Part shown: positions 13,201 to 24,122 of the stretch, piece by piece
Layout of the letters: the number at the start of each line of letters is the position of its first letter
Numbering within the stretch: the stretch's first letter is position 1
From: Narcine bancroftii
Taxonomy: Eukaryota
Assembly: GCF_036971445.1 (NCBI RefSeq)
Contig: NW_027212309.1
Coordinates: forward strand, 1-39,908
Direction of reading: 5' to 3'
Length of the DNA stretch: 39,908 bases
The notes under the pieces: model-generated
Database searches by the model: none
Seen by the model: only the letters and a program-made list of their open reading frames with translations
Told to the model about the DNA's origin: nothing
Made by a program: the position numbers and the translations under genes

Positions 13201-13380
13201 TCGTCAAGTCTCTTGGGCACTCTCTGAATCTCTTGCAAAGACTGTTGGCCCTGACATGTCTAGCAAATGGCAGAGCTCCAGTATTTTAAATAAGATCTGT
13301 TTTAAAGTGTTTGTATGTGACCTACTCAAACAAACCTTTCCCAATTTATCTCCCAAAAACTATCTATATATTCTGTCACA
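10203..13380 (-). mobile_element. Probable LTR-like repeat (~1 kb without the insertion) interrupted by the Gypsy element
   Basis: Minus-strand TGTGACAGA start at 13380. An internal repeat unit (CCAGCCACCTCA...AAACTT.CCCCCTTCAGG) is split exactly at the Gypsy TSD and recurs at ~12770-12820. Left boundary uncertain. Confidence 0.45.
10574..12745 (+). mobile_element. Internally deleted, degenerate Ty3/Gypsy LTR retrotransposon
   Basis: Two similar LTRs (10574 to ~10779 and 12523-12745), CCCC TSD, and polypurine tract AAGAAGGGGTGAA before the 3' LTR. RNase H remnant (FQVETNASDFALAATLN) precedes integrase remnant (CPVC, VDFKGPL, IHSD, NGQVE), which is Gypsy order. Confidence 0.88.
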
Positions 13381-14290
13381 CAGGGAACAACATCTTTGAC
13401 TCCAAGTGAGCCGATTTTCACTGCAGAGGAGCTGCTTCTCAGAACCCTTTTTTCAGCACGAAATAAGTACAGTTCTGTTTCTTTCCAAATTAACCTGAAC
13501 AACTTCAAAGTCAATTTCTTTCAAAATTTATTGTAGAAATAGAGGACTGTTACCCACTGTAATTAGAGATTAGTCAGTTTGGCCAATGATTTGAGAATGT
13601 GGCTTCAATCAGCAGTGCCCTGATATGAAGAATTGCAAGGTGTTCAGCCCTGTCCTGCAGTCGTGACACCGAGACACAGTCACAGTGTCCAGTGCCCCAG
13701 GTAAGGTCACCATCAGAAAGCCTGGCAGTGTTGGGACTATTCCCCTTATTGTTAGAGAATGCTGATCCTATTCCAATGGCTAATTATATTCACCTTTTGG
13801 CAGAATTTAAACAAACACTTTGCCAATTTCTGCACTTGACTGAATTCACTGATTGGAATGAAAATGACACAGTTGTTGCTTTTGCTGCCAAGTGTTTCAA
13901 CCAAACGCACAGGAGGAGACAGAGAACCAGTTGGATCCCTGTGTTCAGTCTCACCAACCTGCCGCAGGTTCAGGTTTGTGAAAGGGTTCGCCACCCTCCC
14001 CCATCCACCCGCATTATCTCCTGCCCGTCAGGCTCTGGATGAGAAGGAGGGCTTCCAGTTCCCAACAGGAGTCTGACCAGAAAAATGATCTGGTCCTGCA
14101 GTGGGTCAGTGGGCTGAGTGACAGTGAGCCAACATTGTTCACAAATAAATGGGCAAGGAATAGGGGGAGTGTGACTGGGGATTGCTCCTCCCTCTCTTTC
14201 AATCATTTTTATTGTTTTTTATAATAAATACACAACAATGAAGAGAAGGGAACAAAACTGAAAATACCTGTACACGATCACCTATCGAAA

Positions 14291-14292
<2 letters not shown>

Positions 14293-14334
<42 letters not shown>
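14293..14334. repeat. (TG)21 microsatellite
   Basis: Perfect dinucleotide run. Confidence 0.98.
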
Positions 14335-14338
<4 letters not shown>

Positions 14339-15099
14339 GTCCACGTGGCTTACAATGCCATCACCTTCTGCTGCTGGTAACCCTTTATATCCTTTCAGCC
14401 ATGTCATGAATATGTCCATGATTGGTTACGGAAGCAACTGAGGTCATTACAGGACACTGCACATCATCATCTCCTGCTGGGTTCAGTTCCCACCCATCGT
14501 GTCTTCAGTCTTTCTCCTGTCCTTCTGCCACTCAGACTTCAGGCTGCAACATGTGGCAAACAGTTTCTCATGAGAAACATTTGCAAACGCCTCAGAAAAC
14601 TCCTCTCAATAAATTCCTGTCTCAGATACTTTAATTGCCTCTTTAATAAGTTCATTGATGTTCCTAAGTTATGATGAGACCTACAAAAGATTAGTGCTGG
14701 ATAACAATGAGGAGTGAGGTCTCATAGAGTGGGAATAAACCCAGTGAATCATGGGAAGGTTCCCCCTCTGTGAGCCTCATCCTGCTTTACTCTCACATTC
14801 TATTTTCCCTCTTTGATTCTTCCACACGCTATTTCTCTCTCAGTCAATTTTCTTCCCACTTCAATTTTTGCTTCTGTTTGCAATTTTCTCCGTCTCCATC
14901 TCCATTCTCCTGAGAAGAACAATGGAAAAAAGGAGCAAGAGTAAACTACCAAGCACTTCACGTCCACCCAGCCAGTCAACCTGAACATGGCTGATCCACT
15001 TTGACCTCAACTCCACTACTGTGCCAGTTACCCAAAGCCCTCAATTCCTTGCTGGGTTTCAGAGGTACTTTTCCTTTCAGTGAGTTTAACTGTGCCATT

Positions 15100-15575
15100 G
15101 GAATGGAACAGCTTTCTGGTTTGGAAAACAATTCTCTTGAGGCAAGGTTAGCAGAGCTGGGACTTTTGACTTTGGGGTGTAGAAGGATGAGAGGAGAATT
15201 GATAGAGGTCTACAAAATTATGAGAGGCAGAGATTGGGTGGAAAGCTAGCACCCATTTCCCAGGACAGGATCAGGAAACCCCAGAGGACATATGTACAAA
15301 ATTAAGGGAGGGAAGTTTAGGGGAGACATAAAGGGCAAGTGTTTTTTACACAGAGAGTTGTGGATGTCTGGAACACCTTGCCAGGGATGGTGGTAGAGAC
15401 TGAAACATTAGGGACATTTAAAAGACTCTCAAGGCAAGGACATGGATGAAAGGAAAATAGAAGGTTCTGGGGTAAGGAGGGTTTAGAACTTTTTTTTGGA
15501 AGGAATACATGAGTCGGCACAACATTGAGAGCTGAAGGACCTGTACTGTGTGGAATTGTTCGATGTTCTATGTTA
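15100..15575 (+). mobile_element. CR1 LINE 3' fragment
   Basis: RLAELGLLTL..RRMRGELIEVYKIMRG, TTTTACACAGAGAGTTGTG, and TGTTCTATGTT tail. Confidence 0.82.
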
Positions 15576-16244
15576 ACAGGTCCTGACATTGAAGAGTCCC
15601 TTTATTTTATTTCACATTTATACACATGGTGAGCATCAGCCATGGATTCCTCAAACAATGAGGACCCCTGTTGGACACAGTTGTCACGTGTGGCTCAGTG
15701 GTTAGCAATGGCACCTCTTGGACTGAAGGTGATGGATTCTAACCTCTATCTAGAATTAGGCTTTGAACAGAGGGGCTTTTTCAGATAAATCTCAATAATC
15801 TCATGACGAGCCCAAAAGAAGAAAATAAGAGCGTTCCCCAGGACCCTGAGCCAATATTTATCACTAAACTAACAATTAAATACAGAAGATCCAACCGTAT
15901 TCGATTGGTTATGTGAAGTCTTGCTTCAAGAACATTGTGACAATTGGACTGGGAAAGTCGATGATCTGTCAGCTCACATTCTGTCACCCTGACAGTCACA
16001 TGACACAATGATAATGGAGTTATCGACTCATAATCACAATCCATCCCTGTCCATTAGTCTCCGGCGGGTCCAGGTATGGTGCAAGGCTACCCAATGATGG
16101 AAGGTTTTGCACATCATCGATCCAAAGACACCAATTTCTCCCAAAATGTGCATTTTCCACACAGCACATCCCACATCATTCATTTCCTGCCTCTCAAAGC
16201 CCATCAGCAAAGCACACGCAGAATCATGACATTTTCAAGTTACA

Positions 16245-16250
16245 TTTATT
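16245..16250 (-). terminator. Polyadenylation signal (AATAAA) for long secreted IgW
   Basis: Minus-strand AATAAA about 250 nt after the CH6 stop, followed by GT/T-rich sequence. Confidence 0.7.
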
Positions 16251-16500
16251 GAACTTCCAAATGATACATGAACACATCCATTGATTTGACACATCTTGAG
16301 ATCCCAGATCATGTTTCAATCTGATCAATGTCTGTAAAGCCATACAGATGCTGAGAAATTTGTGGCTAATGTAATCCTCGAGTCTCATTTTGTTCTCAAT
16401 GGTTCAGAAATGTCCAGATCTTAATCATGATAGAAAGTAAAATGATCTTCTTGGACAGTTAATTTTCATCAAACTAACAAAACCATTGAATCGTGAGGTA

Positions 16501-16886
16501 TTATGCACAAGAGGTAAAACTATCAGTGAGAACAAGTGAGACATTGACCGAGGTGGGTTTGCTGTGAGATTTATTGATGCTTCTGAACAGATTAGTTGTG
16601 AGCGACTCATGTCCCACCACGCAGGAGAAAGTGGTGCCATGATCCCACTCCTCTGGAGAAACCTTCAACTGACTGGTCATCATGTTCCAGCCACTTCTGG
16701 GGTCCTCGGTCACTGGCTGGTTCACGTAGCCAGTCTTCAGAAGGATGTCGTTGGCCATCCAGGCCACGTAGATGTCTGCAGGAGAGAACTTCTTGACTAG
16801 GCACATCAGGGTTGCAGACTGATCGCCCTCTAACTCTTCTGATGAAGGGGGGAGGAGGAAGATGTGAGGAGAAGTCACAACTCCAC
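16501..16886 (-). CDS. IgW constant exon CH6 with secretory tailpiece
   Basis: Acceptor ttctgttcccag|; PHIFLLPPSSEE...ATLMCLVKKFSPADIYVAW...FSCVVGHESL. Tailpiece KPTSVNVSLVLTDSFTSCA* has an NVS sequon and penultimate Cys. Confidence 0.96.
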
Positions 16887-17419
16887 CTGGGAACAGAACG
16901 AACCTCAGTTAGGTTGCATCTTTCAATAATTCTGTGCTGAACCCACACATTGTGCTTTCAAACCAACATGGGCAACTTCTACATCTTGAGGGATTTCACT
17001 TTACCTGACACTGGAGCCTTTTCCCTTTCTACTCATTGTTGGGATGTGCAGGGTGGAAGCCTTGACTCGGACACATTTTAAAGCTTCCAGAGAGGTTTGT
17101 CTGTTTCGTTTAATCAGTGGAAGCCACTGATCACAGAGACTCCACAGAAAGTGGGTCAGACCATGGACTTGACTCATCCTGTGCTGTTTGGTCCATCTCC
17201 CCCTCTGCTTCAATGATCTGCTGAACTTCAGTCTGTGCCTCAGCCTCCCTGCCCTTCCACCCACTGCCTTGACTCAGTCTCTCCCTCAGGGTTTGAAAGC
17301 TGCAGATCCTTCTCCCTCGACATCATCACAGGAACTCACCCCGCAGCTGAGTTTGGTTTTGGATGAGGCTGCTGTGGTGATTTGGGGTCTTACTGGTTTT
17401 CTCTGGAGGCTTCAGTCTT

Positions 17420-17832
17420 CCTTTGCTCCTTAATATTCTCTGACCAACATGAGAAGACCTTCTCCAAGGCAAAGAAGAATGTGGGGAGTCTCATGGAAAC
17501 TATAACATTCTGAACTGATTGGACAGAATCGATACTGGAAGAATGTTCCTGATGGCGGCAGAATCCAGGAACAAGGGTGACAAGCTGAAGATGGTGTGAG
17601 AGGAGGAATGATAGAAAGGAGAATGGTGAACCTAGGGAATTCTCTGCCACAAAGAGCAGTTGAAGCCCAGTGAGTAAATATATCCAAAGATGAGCTGGAT
17701 ATTGTTCCAAGGGTAAAAGTTCAAGGGGCATGGAGAGAAGTCAGGAATAGGGGGCGCAATTTGAATAATCTGCTTTGATCATATTGAATGGCTAAGCAGC
17801 AATGAAGGGTTGAATGGCCTACTTCTACTCTC
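17420..17832 (+). mobile_element. Old CR1 LINE 3' fragment in the CH5-CH6 intron
   Basis: GAATTCTCTGCCACAAAGAGCAGTTGAAGCC core and GAATGGCCTACTTCTACTC terminus, similar to other CR1 ends here. Confidence 0.6.
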
Positions 17833-17980
17833 TAATTTTCCCTGAGACAACCACACTGCTGAATGGTGACATATGCTTTGCTTCTGTACATTACACAATG
17901 TAAATGACAAAACCTCAGTATTTATTATCATTCCTCTACTTGCTTAGATCAGAATCACACCAAGCTCTCTCTTCACGTAC

Positions 17981-18301
17981 CTGTGGCCTTCTTAATGGAC
18001 CTCTTCTCCGGTGTTGGCAAACTCTTGTCCTCCACCACGCACGAGTACTCAGTTCCTATCTCCCACTCCGCAGCGGGCACCGTCAGTCTGCTGATAATTA
18101 TGTCTTCACCTCCGTTCCTATTTGGACCCTGAGTTCTCACCCCATCTTTTCTCTCACTTCCATCCACTTGCCAGGTTACCCTGAATCCCTCTAAATCACC
18201 ATGGACCACCTCACATAGAATGGTCGCCGTCCTGTTCATCCAGATCTCTTCGAAGGAAGGTTTTCTTAAAGTGACTGAGGGGCTGGTATCTGAACAGTCA
18301 G
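17981..18301 (-). CDS. IgW constant exon CH5
   Basis: Acceptor tttctcccag|; ADCSDTSPSVTLRKPSFEEIWMNRTATILC...TWQVDG...EWEIGTEYSCVV; donor G|GTACGT. Confidence 0.95.
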
Positions 18302-19102
18302 CTGGGAGAAATGTCATAATTATTATTTTGTAGAGGCTCACTGGAGGCTTAATCGAACCAGCTCAAGAGGTTCCGAGTGATGTCATGATATTATTTGGAA
18401 CGTACGGTGTTTTCAAAATCTGCGCGTGACTGTTTGAGTAAAAGACTTTTACTGAACTTCAACTGGACTATGTCTGATCATTTTCTCATTCTTCAATACA
18501 CGCTGTAAACCAGTTGCTACAATTTCACCATTCCCCAAAGGATAGGGCATCACTGGTGAGACCAACATTTCATATTCATCTCCAGCAAATCATTCGTTGG
18601 TCGCATCAGATCAGTCGAGACTTATCTACATTGATGGAGGAATGAGATTTCCCCAATTGAGCAGACAGGGTAAACCCTTGTCAGGAATATCAATGAACAA
18701 ATTTGTCTCTGATGTAAGTTGGACAGTTTCAAGGACACTTAAGCTGTTCCCAGCCACTTATTAAAACAAAAACAGAAAATTCCAAACAATTCAGGCTGCA
18801 CCTGTGCAGAGGGAAGCAGAGCTAATATTTTAATTCAGAAATATTCCAGCAATTTTCCTTGACATTTTTAAAATTCAAGCAGCATCAGAAATAGTTGATC
18901 TTTATTACAACTGTTAAAATGCATTTGGCCTCCATGAAGTGTAACTGAAATCTCTTGCTGCTTTCTCAGAACGTTTTGTGTTCAAGCCGTCCTGCAGAGG
19001 CTTCCACATTGCCCAGGCTAACTCTTCCCATGCTGGAGCAGAGTGCTGTCCTGATGCAGATTCAGTCACGGCTGAGGCCATGACCAGAGGCCCAGATTAC
19101 AT

Positions 19103-19158
19103 TCAAAGACAGAAGGAGAGACCATTTGGAAGAGGGATATCCGGGATCTCCAGGGCAC
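19103..19158 (-). CDS. Candidate short secretory exon after CH4: GALEIPDIPLPNGLSFCL*
   Basis: Acceptor atttcactggccag| in phase with the CH4 donor. Penultimate Cys as in Ig tailpieces; AATAAA at 18906-18901. Confidence 0.62.
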
Positions 19159-19336
19159 CTGGCCAGTGAAATAGTTTGTATTGTGCTCAAGTTATGAAAG
19201 CAATTATTTCTCTGGCCAAGATTCTGGAGGATCCGTTCAGTCATCAAACCATAACAGGTCTGCACCATGTTTCTGTCTGGCACAGTTTATAGCAAAAAGC
19301 AAACAATGTCAACAATGGAGTGGGTCGGGACCTTAC

Positions 19337-19654
19337 CTTGGAGGTTCCTCGCTTCCTTTGTGATGCTGGTGTTGGAGGAGGGATGAGACACCGTGCAGCT
19401 GAAGATTGAGCCTGTCTTCCACTCCTGTGAACTCACCGTCAGGAAGTGGCTGGCACTGAAAGTCCCATCCTGCTCCAGAGCAGTCTGTGTCCTGCTGGTG
19501 TTGGAGGAGATCAGGGAGTGACCTTTCTTCCAGGTGACATCAATGTGGTCTGGGTAGAATCCCGAGACCACACACTCGAGGGTAGCCACATTCCTATGCT
19601 TAGCCTCTTCGTATGGTGGAGGCAGCAGTCTGGCCACAGGAGGTTTTGTCTCAA
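19337..19654 (-). CDS. IgW constant exon CH4
   Basis: Acceptor ttctgttccag|; VETKPPVARLLPP...ATLECVVSGFYPD...TWKK...EWKTGSIFSCTVSH; donor G|GTAAGG. 85-nt intron from CH3. Confidence 0.95.
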
Positions 19655-19739
19655 CTGGAACAGAAGAACAAAGAAAACATTGGACTCTTTCTCACATCAT
19701 CACTGATGTTTGTTATTTAATCAGTGATTTCTTACCCAC

Positions 19740-20039
19740 CTTTGGTGCTTTTTGTCCATGCTGAGACTGGTGAGGATAAATGATCTTGGGCAGAACACAT
19801 GTACTCCATCCCGCTGGACCACTCCTCCACGCTGGTCTGGAGTCGGCTGATTATTGTGTTTTGGAACCCTTTCCTTCTGGGCTGTTGGGTCACAGCTGCA
19901 TCACTTTTATCCTCTCCGTTCACCTCCCAGGAGATGTGGACTTTCTTCGGATCAGCAGAGATGACTGTGCACACCAGAGTAGCTGTTTTGTTGATCCATA
20001 TCTCTTGAATGGAGGGATTTTGAATTGAGACAAACAATT
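19740..20039 (-). CDS. IgW constant exon CH3
   Basis: Acceptor gatccacag|; ELFVSIQNPSIQEIWINKTATLVC...SWEVNG...EEWSSGMEYMC; phase-1 donor G|GTGGGT. Confidence 0.94.
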
Positions 20040-21070
20040 CTGTGGATCAGAAAGAGGAGATGTCAGAATTGTAGTGGAAACTTTTCTCTTTGTGATGGAA
20101 AGTCAAAGCAGATCCAAGTGCATTGTGGCAGTGAACTGGAAACAAGGTAACAGAAACTCGCAAGGGTGGAAAGGTGTGCTGCAAATGTTGGCTGGGAAAA
20201 TAAACTCAGTATAAAGGACCTGCCAAATGGGTTTAATCGCCTTCCCCACAACTGTGACCACAAGGTTCAGAGCAGGGACTCGATGGGAGGTGAGAGGCTG
20301 AACAACATTTTGATGCTGCAAAGCCAGTCACAGGTTTGTGGGAAGCCAGAAGAGAGGGAAGTGGGCATATTTCTCATCAGAGACAATTCAATATCTTCTT
20401 CACATGGAGCCCCTGTGGAATGAGTTACCTCCACTGAGCATTGTGAATCAATGAGAATCCTTTTCTCTGGACTGAGGCTGGGATTCCCTCAGTTTGTATT
20501 CAGTTAATAAATGCATCCTGGAATAAAACACTCTCTTTGGTGGTGGGGATTATAAAGTATTTGTGCTGTTATAAAACCCATCTGGTCCACTGTTGTTCAT
20601 CACCAGAAGAAATCTGTCATCTATACCTGGTCTGGTTGCATGTGACTCCAGACCTGCAGTTACATGGCCAAGCCCTGGTCCAGCAAAACCCTCAGTTCAA
20701 GAGCGATCAATGAGGGACATGAAATTGTGAATGAATATGATTCCTCTGTGACGGAGCTTTGGGGGCACCTGACATCTGGGTTTGAATCAGTTTTCTGTGA
20801 GTGTGCTCCAGTGAAGTGGTGCGGTGTTTTAATATTTGAAAATAACTATTTGAAAGAAAGATGTGGACAACTTGCTCTCCAGCAACAACAGAGCAAACCA
20901 TAAATCTGGAGAATAACAGAAATCTCCCTCATGCTGCACTTTGGGAAATTTTTGGAACAGATGTAGTTTCCCCGTTTCATTTTAGAATCGTTTGTTTCCT
21001 GTTTTCTGCAAAGCCACTGGTCTCCTCAAGCACCATCGTCACATCAGTTAAACTGCAGTTCACCATTTAC

Positions 21071-21236
21071 ACAATCAGTCACTTTGGTCCACGAGGGCTG
21101 TGTTTGCTTTCAAACACTTTTCAAGGAGGGTGATTATGTTTGTGTCAGGGTTGAAACCTTCACGACATTCAGCGTAAATTCCTCTATGGTATTTAGAGCA
21201 GATATAATGAACTCTGTGCCTGTCTGGCAGGACACA
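21071..21236 (-). pseudogene. Decayed sushi/CCP-like coding segment between CH2 and CH3
   Basis: CVLPDRHRVHYICSKYHRGIYAECREGFNPDTNIIT..., then after a frameshift QPSWTKVTDC. Resembles CCP spacing C-x-x-P...C-x-x-G-F...W-x5-C. Upstream in-frame stop and no clean acceptor. Confidence 0.4.
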
Positions 21237-22145
21237 TTTCATTTGATGACATATGATGTTATCTCTTGCTCAACCCATCTTTCTTTTAACAAGTGTTGAG
21301 CAATTTAAAAACATATGACAGGTACCTGGTGTTAGTCCAGATAAGATTTCTCGCAGTGTGTGGTCTGAAGTTTGTAAAGTGAGGTGTGTGGTGTCAGGGT
21401 TATTTCTTTCAGAATATTGGTTTAATCAGTACAGTGATGTTGTTGAACGTTTGTTTGTTGTTCAGTGCCATCCCATATCAATGACAAAATCCAATGCTCA
21501 GCCATCTCTGGTGAGAGGCAGTTCCCCCTCATAAGTCCTCACAGTGTCAAGATAGCTTTCCTTTTTGCAAAGTGCTGATATTATTCTATTAACCTTTGGG
21601 TGATTACACCCACACACTCCCCTCAGTGGCATTCCTTGTGATCACTGAGTTTCTCTCTTGGACTGAGTTCAGTGTCCAGGAAGTGAGTGAACAAAATGCT
21701 TCCAATGTTTGCTGTCCATCCCTTTCACACCAAGCGCGTGAGTTTGGTCAGGTCACTGGTGGGGTCCTGTGGTTTGTCTCACTGATTTGTCACAGGCCCC
21801 TTTTCTTACAGGTTGTCACATTCTGTAACTGAGCCAAGGTGACATTTCACCCCTGTATATCTTCAGCACCTCCTCCCCAAGCCACTGGCTGAGATGTAGT
21901 TTCTGGTTCTTGCTGACCTGGAAAGAAGGTGGTGAAGGGAAGTGGGGCTGGGATCTGAATCACACTGAACCAGCAATGTCCACAAATGAATGAGTGTACA
22001 TGTGAGGTGTGGAGTGGGGATGGGGCAGCTTGAATTGATGCCTTGTTCTCTGCTGCACTTTGATCTCAGTGGATATGGTGGGATAGATTTGAATCCAGAA
22101 AATGGATTGTAATAAAATTCACTGACGAATTCCACATGCAGCCAA

Positions 22146-22273
22146 TCACTTTATTTGACACTTTCCTTGTGAACAATGATACGGTCGGGTGGTACCATCA
22201 GAGAATGTCACATTGACATTAGTCTGCTGGAAGAATATCGGCACACACGTCGAACAGCTGGGACAGTTTTTAT
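22146..22273 (-). CDS. Cys-rich secretory exon of short-form IgW: DKNCPSCSTCVPIFFQQTNVNVTFSDGTTRPYHCSQGKCQIK*
   Basis: Acceptor cttccattttcag| in phase with CH2; 5 Cys; NVT sequon; AATAAA at 22155-22150. Matches the established two-C-domain short IgW/IgX form with a Cys-rich tail. Not in the ORF track. Confidence 0.88.
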
Positions 22274-22907
22274 CTGAAAATGGAAGATGCATAGATTTAA
22301 CCATTAGATATTCTCTCCTCTACTGGCTGCACTGAGAAAGGAAGTAGCTCCACACAGTCCCGACCTCTATTCTCTGCATTCACCATCTTTTAGGGATGAG
22401 ATAATGAAAACCAATGATGACCTGTTGTCCCAAGTTCTAATCCCAGTGTTTCTGAGGGGTTGGCCAACAGAATAATAATCCATCTTTGTGAGTGGATGAC
22501 GTGCCAGGGAGATTCCTGGGATACTGTGGAGATAGACTGTGGAGATTCATTCACTCGGCTGGAGCTATTTTTCCAGAAACTGAGACTGCAAAGTGAAAAG
22601 TGAAGGTGGAGATCTTCTCCACATGGTCTATCGGTTGGGACACATCTTGCTTGATGTCCCATTTCCCTTTCACTCCACACAGTAACCACAAGAATTATGT
22701 GGGAGTAAGTGCACAGGAGACTTAAACTTTCATTTTTGCTGTACAACAGATTGTGTTAAAATTAGTGACGGAAAGGGTTGGATTGAAATGTAGAGGGAAT
22801 AAATATCACACCTCACTCAACAGGACTCCCATCGGGGACATGAATTGAGTGGAGGTCAGCTAGTTGAATACTGTAAGTAAATTAATTCTCCTTCAGACAC
22901 CACTCAC

Positions 22908-23210
22908 CCCCCTGATATCTCATGACGATCTTCTCACTGAAGCTGGAAGGTTTATGGGTCACTTCACAAGAATATTCTTGTTCGCTGGTCCATTCATCCA
23001 CAGACAAGGTCAGGTAGGCAACAGTTTCAAATCCACCATCAGTTTTCGTGGAAGGGAGAAGAGTGCCCACTTGCTCTGATTTGCCTTTTTTCCAGGTCAC
23101 CTGAATCTTGTCAGGTGAGAATCCAGATATCACACAGCCTAGGATAGCAGTTGTTTGATTGCTGAGAACCTCCGGGGATGGAACAAGAGGCATGAGCTTT
23201 GGAGATTGAG
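22908..23210 (-). CDS. IgW constant exon CH2
   Basis: Acceptor tgttttacag|; QSPKLMPLVPS...ILGCVISGFSPDKIQVTWKK...EW...YSCEVTH; donor G|GTGAGT. Confidence 0.95.
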
Positions 23211-23700
23211 CTGTAAAACAATGCAATGTTAATGCAATATTACTGATGGCATAACTGGCCACAGTGTAGGTGGACTCCATTCCCCAACTCCATTTGCAAA
23301 TGCCCCAACAGCAGCCCACTCTACAAATCTGATCATTACAGATGACCTGTCGTAGGATGGATCCTATCGTGAGATGTTGGGTAGAGCTGTGATTGGGAGC
23401 TCAAGGTGTACAACACAGGCCTCCCCAGCATTATGTCCCACACTGCAGTGTTGAGGGGGTTGAACGAGGAAGTGGCCTGTGTGGGCAGACTATTGGTGAT
23501 CTGATTGTTTGGTGGAATGGCTGACTCCAGATCCTGTGGATATGAGCTGATGGGGTAGAACAGGACATTAGGGAAGCACAATATTGAGGACAATCAAAAA
23601 GAAGAACAGATGGACAAGAGGAAATTATTTGGTTTTAATGGCAATGATTTGCTCACATCTTAGAGGTGATGGATAAAGGTGAGTGGGGGATGTTGATTCT

Positions 23701-23825
23701 TCAGTTCCCTTCACAAGGAGTGTGAGTTTTGCAGGAACAGTGACTAATGTCTGTCTGGTTCCGTGTGGAGGAGCTAATCTGGGGGGTGGTGCTTGGGCCA
23801 GGTGGTGGGGATGGTGCAGAGTCTT
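23701..23825 (-). CDS. Candidate alternative terminal (hinge-like/secretory) exon after CH1: (Q)DSAPSPPPGPSTTPQISSSTRNQTDISHCSCKTHTPCEGN*
   Basis: Acceptor ctaatttcag| in phase with the CH1 donor. Rich in Pro/Ser/Thr, with an NQT sequon and 3 Cys. ATTAAA at 23639-23634. Confidence 0.5.
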
Positions 23826-24122
23826 CTGAAATTAGATAAATGAGTGGATACAATGGAGGCTGTTCAGCACAGATTATTTCCTGTACATTCCACCAAAATT
23901 CAGTTTCATTGACTGGAGGAAACTGCCTCATTCTCCGTCTATTTCCACCTAATTTCTCTCTGCCTTTTTTGTGCGCTACAGCAGCACTGGCTTGTAGGAA
24001 TGGAAGAAATGAGTAAAGGAATGAATGGACATCCTTGAACATTTTTTGACAAAGGTTCCTGCTCTAGTTTTATCCCTCGACAGTAATGTAGTTTCAAATA
24101 GAAAATCAAATCTCATACTAAC

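Noticed and set aside
14660-14990. Possible TM exons (hydrophobic LGSLLLLLFSIVLL stretch; ttttgtag|GTCTCATCATAA as TM2)
   Set aside because: Lacks the conserved Ig TM motif (T-F-x-x-L-F-x-L-S-x-x-Y-S) and a coherent splice structure.
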